Shown piece by piece: positions 18,297 to 26,312 of a stretch of 64,000 bases of DNA. Each line of letters starts with the position of its first letter. Position 1 is the first letter of the stretch. The translations under genes were made by a program, and so were the position numbers. The stretch is from Smithellaceae bacterium (GTDB taxonomy: Bacteria; Desulfobacterota; Syntrophia; Syntrophales; Smithellaceae): assembly GCA_030690945.1 (NCBI GenBank), contig JAUYFM010000064.1, positions 91,072 through 155,071 of the forward strand, read 5' to 3'. Below the pieces are notes generated by a model, which ran no database searches, was not told the DNA's origin, and saw only the letters and a program-made list of their open reading frames with translations.

Positions 18297-18854
18297 TCAG
18301 CCTGTGTGTTCCAAAAGTATCTTCACACCAATGGCAATCAAAACCAAGCCGCCCAGAATCTCAACTTTCTTACCAAAAATCCGGGCCAGTCCTTTGCCGA
18401 AAATCATGCCGACCGCCGTCATCACAAAACAAACAACACCAATGATCGCCGCCGGAAACAAGATAGGAGTTTTCAAAAGAGAAAAACTGAATCCCACGGC
18501 AAGCGCGTCAATGCTGGTGGCAATCGAAAGCAGAAAGAGCGGCCAGCCGCGTGTCTGATCGGCTTTCTCTTCATCGCTTTCCTTTTCAAATCCCTCCCAG
18601 ATCATTTTTCCGCCAACTAATGCCAACAGCGCAAAGGCTATCCAGTGATCGAACATCTGGATCCTATCTGCCACCGTCGAACCGGCCAGCCAACCGGCGA
18701 GCGGCATCACAAACTGAAAAATACCGAAAGCGAGGGAAAGCCGCAAAACAGGGACCCACGACTTTTTACTATTCGCCGCGCCGATTCCGATAGCCACGGA
18801 AAAAGCGTCAATACCAAGACCAACCGCCAGAAGAAAAATCGTAATCAAACTCAT
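18297..18854 (-). CDS. mntP: Manganese efflux pump MntP family
   Basis: LGIDAFSV and ATSIDALAVG repeats, FQFVMP, DHWIAF. Confidence 0.9.
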   Translation of the reverse strand: MSLITIFLLAVGLGIDAFSVAIGIGAANSKKSWVPVLRLSLAFGIFQFVMPLAGWLAGSTVADRIQMFDHWIAFALLALVGGKMIWEGFEKESDEEKADQTRGWPLFLLSIATSIDALAVGFSFSLLKTPILFPAAIIGVVCFVMTAVGMIFGKGLARIFGKKVEILGGLVLIAIGVKILLEHTG

Positions 18855-18865
18855 ATCATGACCCA

Positions 18866-18891
18866 GAACAAGGGGTTGCAACCCCTTGTTC
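18866..18891. repeat. 26-bp perfect palindrome, copy 1
   Basis: GAACAAGGGGTTGCAACCCCTTGTTC, identical to 54417-54442. Confidence 0.85.
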
Positions 18892-18892
18892 C

Positions 18893-20779
18893 CTATCTCT
18901 GCGTCAACGCCGCATAAATTTTCCCCGCCAACTCCTTACCAATTCCCGGAACCTTTTGCAAATCGGGAAGCGAGGCGTTTTGAACCTGACGTGCCGAACC
19001 GAAATGCTTAAGTAACAGCTTCCGGCGCTCACGACCTATACCGGAAATCGTATCCAGAATCGAGCTGAAGTCATTTTTTTGTTTCAACTTATGATGGTAA
19101 CGGAGGGCAAAGCGGTGCGCCTCATCGCGGACCCGCTGCAAAAGCGACAGAGCGGCAGGCCGGGACGAAAGATAGACAGCATCCTTACGCCGGGGCAGAT
19201 ATACGCGATCTTCCGACTTTGCAGTTTTTCCCCGGAGCTTGTTTTTTGCGGTTAGATATGCTCTTTCTTCTTTGGCCAGTCCGACCACATCCATTTTAAT
19301 CTTCAATTCGCTCAAAACGGAAAGCGCGGCATTGAGCTGCCCTTTGCCGCCATCAACAACCACCAGATCGGGCAGCGGATCGGAGCCTGTAAAACGCCGG
19401 GTCAGTACTTCGCGCATCATGCCATAATCATCCGGTTCGTCCATGGCTTTAATGCGAAAACGCCGATAACCCGATTTATCCGACTCGCCGTCCTGAAAAA
19501 CCACCATAGATCCCACAGCGTTTTTTCCGCTGATATTGGAAATGTCATAGCATTCTATTCGGCGAGGCATTTTAGTCAAAGATAACTTTTCCTGAAGGAT
19601 TTTCATGGTTGCGGTTTTCTGCTCTTCTTTCTTTTGGTCTGATGCGAGCAACTCGCGGGCATTGGCGCAGGCCATATCGAGCAGCGCTTTTTTCGCGCCG
19701 CGCTGAGGAACCGTGAGCGGCACTTTCTTTGTCTTTTTGTCGGCAAGCCATTCGGCAATCACATCTTCATCGGGAAGATTTCGGGGCAGAATAATCTCAT
19801 CCGGCAAATTGGAACCATCATAATACTGTTGCAGCACTGACGAAATAATTTCACCAACGTCTGCTTTTGTTTTTACCGGCGTAAATGATTTGCTGCCCAG
19901 CAATTTTCCACCGCGCACAAATAGAATGCAGATCTGATAAGTATCACCATCTGCATAGACGCCCAGCACATCCTGATCCTCGGCGCCGCCCCAATCCACA
20001 TTTTGCCGCTCCAGCGCGTGTTCCAGCGCGCCGATGCGGTCGCGCAGGCGCGCCGCTTCTTCATAGTTTAAGTCTTGGGCCGCTTCTTCCATTTGTTTTC
20101 TTAAATCGGACACCAATTCCCGTCGTTGCCCCCGCAGGAACGACACGGCGTTTTCGGCCAGTTTCCGGTAAGCGGCTTCCTCAATCAAGTTTTTGCAGGG
20201 CGCAAGGCATCGCCCGATTTGATATTCCAGGCACGGCCTCGCTCTCAGTTGGAAATCCCTGTTGCGGCAGGTGCGCAGCGGGAAGATCTGCTGAACAAAA
20301 CGCAGTGTTTCACGGGCGGCCAGTCCCGATGGATACGGGCCGAAATAGAGCGCCGTGTTATGAAGTCTTTTGCGCACCAGCTGCAGGCGCGGATATTTTT
20401 CCGCCGGATCAAGAGACAGATGGTAATAGGTTTTATCATCGCGCAATATGACATTATAACGGGGACGATTTTTCTTGATGAGATTGTTCTCCAGAATCAG
20501 CGCTTCTTTTTCCGTGGCCGTCGTGATGAACTCTATATCGTCGACCCGCGCCATCAAAAACGGCGCCATCGGCCGCGTATCGCGGCCGGTAAAATAAGAA
20601 CTGATACGGCTTTTCAGATCATTGGCCTTGCCTACATAGATCACCTTCTGCTGCGCGTCCTGCATAATATAAACGCCGGGGCTGCGCGGTGCGGAAGTCA
20701 TTTTTTCTTTTAAGGCAATGTTTTCTTGCATTGGCATTTCAAATAAGAGTAATGGTTCTGCTTTCTTTAATATGTGCAT
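18893..20779 (-). CDS. uvrC: Excinuclease ABC subunit C (true start probably ~20730)
   Basis: GIY-YIG (PGVY, IYVGKA), RIECYDIS, DGGKGQL, RDEAHRFA, C-terminal HhH. Confidence 0.97.
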   Translation of the reverse strand: MHILKKAEPLLLFEMPMQENIALKEKMTSAPRSPGVYIMQDAQQKVIYVGKANDLKSRISSYFTGRDTRPMAPFLMARVDDIEFITTATEKEALILENNLIKKNRPRYNVILRDDKTYYHLSLDPAEKYPRLQLVRKRLHNTALYFGPYPSGLAARETLRFVQQIFPLRTCRNRDFQLRARPCLEYQIGRCLAPCKNLIEEAAYRKLAENAVSFLRGQRRELVSDLRKQMEEAAQDLNYEEAARLRDRIGALEHALERQNVDWGGAEDQDVLGVYADGDTYQICILFVRGGKLLGSKSFTPVKTKADVGEIISSVLQQYYDGSNLPDEIILPRNLPDEDVIAEWLADKKTKKVPLTVPQRGAKKALLDMACANARELLASDQKKEEQKTATMKILQEKLSLTKMPRRIECYDISNISGKNAVGSMVVFQDGESDKSGYRRFRIKAMDEPDDYGMMREVLTRRFTGSDPLPDLVVVDGGKGQLNAALSVLSELKIKMDVVGLAKEERAYLTAKNKLRGKTAKSEDRVYLPRRKDAVYLSSRPAALSLLQRVRDEAHRFALRYHHKLKQKNDFSSILDTISGIGRERRKLLLKHFGSARQVQNASLPDLQKVPGIGKELAGKIYAALTQR

Positions 20780-20844
20780 TTGCTTTTAACATATCCGGAA
20801 GTGCAGGTCTTCAATTTTTTACTCAGAAATCTTCTATCAAGTCA

Positions 20845-20912
20845 ATTTCAATCCCGCTGTTGCGGGACGAGCGTCAATGCTCCGCAGCGAGCTCGCGAGG
20901 TGGTTGATTCAA
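20845..20912 (-). repeat. Palindrome-rich non-autonomous element, family P, copy C (internal deletion)
   Basis: Reverse complement TCAACCACCTCGCGAGCTCGCTGCGGAGCATTGACGCTCGTCCCGCAACAGCGGGATTGAAAT shares both ends with copy B. Confidence 0.75.
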
Positions 20913-21002
20913 TTTTTTTAATGTTTACAAAACAGATCAAAAGAGATAGCCATAATAAAGACTATTGTTGCAATTACCGTGATAAAGATCAGGAGGATAA
21001 AC

Positions 21003-21572
21003 ATGAAGGTACTTGGCATTATGGGAAGCCCGCGAATCGGAGGCAACAGCGATATTCTTCTGAGTCAGGCACTAGCCGGCGCCAAAGAAGCCGGTGCGGA
21101 TGTGGAGAAAATCATCCTCGACCAAAAGCACATTGCCGGATGCAAAGACTGCAAAAAATGCAATAAAATCGGCGTCTGCGCCATCAAGGATGACATGGCT
21201 GAAATTCAGGAGAAAATTCTGGACGCCTATGCCGTCATCCACAGCAGCCCCGTTTACTTCTGGACGATGACCTCACAAATGAAAGCCTACCTGGACCGGT
21301 GGTGTGTTTTCTTTGATGCCCAATGGCGCTGGCAAAAAGATTATTATCCGAAAATGAGGAGCAAACGCATCGGCCTGATCACCGTCTGCGGCGACACAAA
21401 CGTGCACACAGGAGATCCGATTGTTCACAGTTTCAAGTCAACCGTTGATATGACCAAAATGCAATGGCTCGGATCCGTCATGGCCTCCGCCGACGACAAA
21501 GGAGACATTGTCAACAACGAAGCAGCTATGCAGCAGGCGTTTGAGTTAGGAAAGAAGGCCGCGACGCCCTGA
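21003..21572 (+). CDS. Iron-sulfur flavoprotein / flavodoxin-like protein
   Basis: GSPR..GNS, CxxCxxCxxxxxC..KDD, SPVYF; AGGAGG RBS before 21003. Confidence 0.88.
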   Translation: MKVLGIMGSPRIGGNSDILLSQALAGAKEAGADVEKIILDQKHIAGCKDCKKCNKIGVCAIKDDMAEIQEKILDAYAVIHSSPVYFWTMTSQMKAYLDRWCVFFDAQWRWQKDYYPKMRSKRIGLITVCGDTNVHTGDPIVHSFKSTVDMTKMQWLGSVMASADDKGDIVNNEAAMQQAFELGKKAATP

Positions 21573-21598
21573 CACCTTTTCCCGAGGACATGGCGATA

Positions 21599-22255
21599 TC
21601 ATGGCATAAGGGGTTTGTCGAAGCTTCTGTCTAAGACGCCGTTTTTTTCCATTTGGGCATCCCATAGGGCCTGATTGATAAAAGGGATAATCTGGGCCAG
21701 ATTTTCGGCTTTCAGGTGTTCCGGCCGGGCAAGCTTCCCAAGAATGATCTCATCGAATTTGCCGGTTTTTCCGAATTCTACCCCGATCTGATAAAAATAC
21801 TGATAGTATTTGTCAGTCAGGAAAGTGGGCTGAACGTCGAGTCCTTCGCAACCGCCTTTTAACATGGAGCCTAAATAACGGCAGTTCATCCTGCGGGAGA
21901 ATTTCTCACAGTACCGTTCAACATACCGGAGGTGCGACGTCTCGGGAAAACCGCATTGTATGACAAAACCCATGGCAGGATTGTTCTCTTTTCCCATATA
22001 GGGCTGAAGTGTTTCGAAGAATTCTTTTACACTACCGGGCATAGCGTCAACATAGAGCGGAAAGCCGATGATCACATGTTCTGCGGCGGCGAATTTCTCC
22101 GCAAGAGCGGCAAGACTGTGCCTGTTCTTAGTCAGGTATTCGATTTCACAGATATTGTCTCCCGTCTCCAGAAAACCTTTGATGAAATGATCCATGAGTC
22201 TCTCGGTGTTACTTTTATTTCCCCGCGGGGACCCGTTAATGAATGTTAATCGCAT
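21599..22255 (-). CDS. Flavodoxin-like NAD(P)H-dependent oxidoreductase
   Basis: INGSPRG.KSNT, FPLYVDAMP, CGFPE. Confidence 0.8.
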   Translation of the reverse strand: MRLTFINGSPRGNKSNTERLMDHFIKGFLETGDNICEIEYLTKNRHSLAALAEKFAAAEHVIIGFPLYVDAMPGSVKEFFETLQPYMGKENNPAMGFVIQCGFPETSHLRYVERYCEKFSRRMNCRYLGSMLKGGCEGLDVQPTFLTDKYYQYFYQIGVEFGKTGKFDEIILGKLARPEHLKAENLAQIIPFINQALWDAQMEKNGVLDRSFDKPLMP

Positions 22256-22787
22256 GAAGAACTTCCTCCACAGGCGTTTCGGTAAACTGGACAAAACCCA
22301 GTGACGATCTCACATTGATGGCTTCCCTCTGGAAAATGCCGGTGGCAATGGCGATGTCCTCAGCATCCGTGAAAGATTCTTTCTCCAGCAGGAATGAAAT
22401 GACCGGGTACTTGTCGTACCGCTTCTTATGATGCACTTCGCCGGCTACATCCTCGATGTGCGGGTGGACCAGAGGGATGATCCTGTCCATGGTGTTTTTC
22501 AAAAGCGAACTTAGAAAACCCATGATCAGAGGTGACACAAGGATTACGTGGTCTGATGCTATGTATTGCCTGGCTATTTCATTTCCATCATCCCGGATAA
22601 GGCAATGGCCCGGAGTCTTGACCCAGCAGTTGAAGCAACCCGTACATGGCTTTATTTTCATTCCCCTGAGGACAATCAACTGGACCTCATGTCCGGCTGA
22701 TTTTATCCCGTCGAGAAACCTGTCGATGTATTGGTCCATGTAATTTCTGTCACAGCATGGATTTCCGGAGATTACTAAATACTTCAA
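22236..22787 (-). CDS. Flavodoxin family / iron-sulfur flavoprotein
   Basis: CTGCFNCWVKTPGHC..RDD motif. Confidence 0.82.
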   Translation of the reverse strand: MKYLVISGNPCCDRNYMDQYIDRFLDGIKSAGHEVQLIVLRGMKIKPCTGCFNCWVKTPGHCLIRDDGNEIARQYIASDHVILVSPLIMGFLSSLLKNTMDRIIPLVHPHIEDVAGEVHHKKRYDKYPVISFLLEKESFTDAEDIAIATGIFQREAINVRSSLGFVQFTETPVEEVLHAINIH

Positions 22788-22896
22788 TAAGCATTCCTCC
22801 TTTTAACGAAAAAACTGTCTTTTCTTCTTGATTGGAGCAGGCCGGCTCCAGCCGATATTACTTGCATAAAAGGTTTTAAACCCAAAGATTTATGAG

Positions 22897-23217
22897 TCAC
22901 TTTTCTAAATTAGCCGCGGCCATCTCGCACATGGATGCTGCCGTGGAATCGCCAACGAGTTGCAGTAAATCCTCTTCTGCCAGAGAGACAATTAAAGACC
23001 TCTTACTTTTTAATTCTTCAATAACCTTCGCAACGATCAGATCTTCCGTCTGATGATCAATATCGATATTCTTAACTTTTTGCAGATCTGCTCCGGGAGG
23101 GAAATTGAAATGTATCTTATTATCAGTTATTTTATTGCCAATATTATTTTCATCGATCTGTTCTTTTATCTCAGGTATCATGAATTTAACCATTTTATGA
23201 ACATTTTCCCAACTCAC
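22897..23217 (-). CDS. Hypothetical protein (AT-rich)
   Basis: 106-aa ORF, GTG start with AAGGAG RBS; no recognised motif. Confidence 0.5.
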   Translation of the reverse strand: MSWENVHKMVKFMIPEIKEQIDENNIGNKITDNKIHFNFPPGADLQKVKNIDIDHQTEDLIVAKVIEELKSKRSLIVSLAEEDLLQLVGDSTAASMCEMAAANLEK

Positions 23218-23383
23218 AGCTTACTCCTTTTCTGATTAATAGACCTAACTCCCATGTTGTTACTAATAAATTACGGCAACGACCCAATATATGCAAATTA
23301 ATTTGGCCTTTACATACCATGGATATTAGCAAAAGCGTGAATAAAAAAAGCTAAAGAGACATACCGCCAAATGATTTATTACC

Positions 23384-23413
23384 TTGACATACACCTGCGC
23401 TCACCTCTATATT
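23384..23413 (+). promoter_or_regulatory. Putative sigma70 promoter
   Basis: TTGACA-18 bp-TATATT, 100 bp upstream of 23513. Confidence 0.4.
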
Positions 23414-23512
23414 TCGGCCCTTAGTAACGGGCCGAAAGCATAGGCATAGGATCGCACGAAAGGAAATGACAACATTTTTTAAAACTAACGGGAAACATGG
23501 AGGTTTATTGTA

Positions 23513-24928
23513 TTGAATCTTGATCTTTTATTTCATCCGAAAAGCATAGCGGTTATCGGCGCCTCAGACAATCTTGGCGGCGGGAAAATGCCATATTTTC
23601 AAATATTACAGATGAACGGCTTCAAAGGGGCTCTCTATCCGGTCAATCCACGACGTGGCGTAGTGAGCGGTGTCAAGGCCTATGCGTCCATCGATGAACT
23701 CCCTGAGCCGGTCGATTTTGCGATCGTTGCCGCGCCTCTGGAACAATCCATCGACATTATTAAGGCGGCAGTGCGCAAGCAAATCAAATTCATCCACTTT
23801 TTTACATCCGGCTTCGGAGAGACGGGAAACCGGCAATTAGAAGAGGATTTAATCCGGGAGGCGCGAAAGGGAAATCTCCGGATTGTCGGCCCCAATTGCG
23901 TGGGGATTCACTGTTCCGAATCAAAAATTTCTTTCACACTCACGCCTCTGCAGGAATCGCCGGGAGCCGTCGCCTTCCTGGGGCAATCGGGCGGGGTCAC
24001 GGCAAATTTTCTGGCGATGGCATCGACAAGAAAGATTGTGCTCAATAAAGTCGTTTCATACGGAAACCAAATCGATCTTCGAATTGAAGATTACCTGGAC
24101 TATCTGGCCAACGATAAAAATATCCGGCTTATCGCCTGCTACATTGAAGACATCAAGAATACGGAAACATTTCTCAAGACGCTTCGGCGGACAACCGCCA
24201 TAAAACCGGTGATTATTCTCAAGGGGGGAAAAACGGAAACGGGATCAAAGGCCGCGGCGAGCCATACAGGCGCCATGGCGAGCAATTACACGATCTGGGC
24301 CGCCGCTGTTCGGCAGTATGGCGCCATTCTGGTTGACGATTTCGAGCAGATGATGGACCTGGTGATGCTGGGCACCATTCAGAAAACATTAACAGGAAAA
24401 CGTGTGGGATTTCTCGGCGCCGGAGGCGGCGTTTCGGTCCTCTTCAGCGATCTGGCCGTGAAGTCGGGTCTTGCTCTTCCTGAACTAGGGGCAAAAGCAC
24501 AGAAGATGATCAACGAAAAAATCATGGGTGTCAACACCTCTACAACAAACCCGATCGATCTGGGAGCCTTCGGTTTCGACCTCAATATCATGCTGCATAC
24601 CATGAAGGCGCTTGATGAAGACGATGGCATCGACGTGATTGTTCCCTACTTTTCTGTTGAATACATCATGCGTTCGGAATTATTCCTTAATGTAAAAAAT
24701 AATAATGATACCATCTTCGAAATGGCTAAACAAATCAAGAAACCCGTTATCCCCATATTGGCAAGCTTTGTGGAAGACGATCTGGATGCGGAACGCATCA
24801 GGATTAGCACATTTGCCGCCCTGCGCAAAGCAGGATTCCCCGTCTATTCCCGAATGCAGGACGCCATTTATTCCATCGGGACCTACTTCGAATGGGCGGA
24901 GAAGCGGGCCCGCAGTAAAAAGAAATGA
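23513..24928 (+). CDS. NDP-forming acyl-CoA synthetase alpha-subunit-like CoA-binding protein
   Basis: PKSIAVIGAS, YPVNP, GPNCVG, QSGG, SHTGAMA phospho-His motif, NPIDL. Confidence 0.88.
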   Translation: MNLDLLFHPKSIAVIGASDNLGGGKMPYFQILQMNGFKGALYPVNPRRGVVSGVKAYASIDELPEPVDFAIVAAPLEQSIDIIKAAVRKQIKFIHFFTSGFGETGNRQLEEDLIREARKGNLRIVGPNCVGIHCSESKISFTLTPLQESPGAVAFLGQSGGVTANFLAMASTRKIVLNKVVSYGNQIDLRIEDYLDYLANDKNIRLIACYIEDIKNTETFLKTLRRTTAIKPVIILKGGKTETGSKAAASHTGAMASNYTIWAAAVRQYGAILVDDFEQMMDLVMLGTIQKTLTGKRVGFLGAGGGVSVLFSDLAVKSGLALPELGAKAQKMINEKIMGVNTSTTNPIDLGAFGFDLNIMLHTMKALDEDDGIDVIVPYFSVEYIMRSELFLNVKNNNDTIFEMAKQIKKPVIPILASFVEDDLDAERIRISTFAALRKAGFPVYSRMQDAIYSIGTYFEWAEKRARSKKK

Positions 24929-24970
24929 CCCCTGTCGCCGGTGATCGTAATAAAATAATTCGATGAAATT

Positions 24971-25051
24971 GCTGACAAGAGCGACGTCATCAAGGACGAA
25001 GCTGCCCCGAAACAGGCCAATGAGTTGGGGAGGAAAGCAGCTATGCCCTGA
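24971..25051 (+). pseudogene. Orphan 3'-terminal fragment homologous to the end of the 21003-21572 flavoprotein gene
   Basis: ADKSDVIKDEAAPKQANELGRKAAMP* aligns with DDKGDIVNNEAAMQQAFELGKKAATP*; both end GCCCTGACA. Confidence 0.75.
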
Positions 25052-25186
25052 CAGAATTTTTTTAATAGAAGAGAGATTAAGATGAGGCAAAACAAAGCAT
25101 GCCGGTAACTTCATCAACTCTGTCATTACCCAGTTTGACTGCATAATCCAGTTAGTGCTTTGTTCCACTACATTGCACTTTTGATT

Positions 25187-25609
25187 TCAAATCCCGATAA
25201 AACTGCCGTACTCTTTCAGGAAACGTTTTATATCACCAAGCCTGCTCTGAATAATCCGAAAAAGTTCTTGATCATCAATGTCCCAGTATATATGCACCAA
25301 CCTGTTCCGAAATCTTGCCATCTGGATCAGGGAAGCAGTGAACTCTTTATCAAATGCGCCTTGTTGATTCATCACTTTGAAGGTATCGGCATAATCCTCA
25401 GCCGTCCTATACCCGTTTTTAGCAATAATGTGATTGGAAAGATCAACCGCACCTTCTATGGCAACAATCAGAGAATACTTTGCACTGCCAATTTTGTGGG
25501 CATCAGCTATAAACTCTTTGTCGGACAGCTTTTGCAAATCCTCCAGATTGGTTATGGCCGTAAGAATCTCGGAAGTTATTTTTCTGACTTTGTCTTCATT
25601 ATACTCCAC
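25187..25609 (-). CDS. HEPN (DUF86/HepT-like) RNase toxin
   Basis: RNRLVHIY fits Rx4HxY. Confidence 0.88.
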   Translation of the reverse strand: MEYNEDKVRKITSEILTAITNLEDLQKLSDKEFIADAHKIGSAKYSLIVAIEGAVDLSNHIIAKNGYRTAEDYADTFKVMNQQGAFDKEFTASLIQMARFRNRLVHIYWDIDDQELFRIIQSRLGDIKRFLKEYGSFIGI

Positions 25610-26024
25610 GGTTCAGTGCCTCCTGCAGATACATCTTCCGGTAAGGAGCAAAATCAAAATAATTGCTGACGGTCATTTCTTCGAAATCACATCTGGCATC
25701 GTCATCGATAACGGCAAGACGTCTCCCATCCTTAATCACATTGTATCGGAAAGACAAAGGTGCACTGTTTAGTATCCTTACATCCACAGGGTATTGAACA
25801 AGATTATAAAGTTTTGCCTCCAGATCAAGCTCAACCAGTAAAAGTTCAGTGGGTGTTGATTTAATGTAAATCGCCACGTCTATATCCCGGAACTGATCCT
25901 GCGAGATAAAAGAACCATGCACATAAGCAAATAATAAATCAGGGTAATTCTCCAGAAAGCATTCAATCCGACAGACAATGTCTTCTTTTTTTTGCCTAGT
26001 GATTTTGTAGTATTTTTCTTCCAT
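25599..26024 (-). CDS. Minimal nucleotidyltransferase (MntA-like) antitoxin
   Basis: HGS...RDIDVAIY, VDVRILNSAP; overlaps the HEPN gene. Confidence 0.88.
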   Translation of the reverse strand: MEEKYYKITRQKKEDIVCRIECFLENYPDLLFAYVHGSFISQDQFRDIDVAIYIKSTPTELLLVELDLEAKLYNLVQYPVDVRILNSAPLSFRYNVIKDGRRLAVIDDDARCDFEEMTVSNYFDFAPYRKMYLQEALNRGV

Positions 26025-26312
26025 AGCATCACACCTTGTTTATTGGGCTTCAGAACTATCAAATTTTGTTAATAACATACAATGATTACATGAACAGTCA
26101 AGATATAATTCAAGCAGACATGATTCAAACCGCTAAATTTTAGTGAGTCAAGCAAAAACTTGACCCGATGCCTACCTCTATTTTATATGATCCCTGCAAT
26201 TCGAGGCCAATTCCGTCTGATGCTTTTTCAGGCAATGATAAATTTCAAAGCTGCTCAAAATGCTGTCCGGCTATTCCTTCAGTCTTCAGCCTAAAACGCT
26301 TCAACCTATTTT

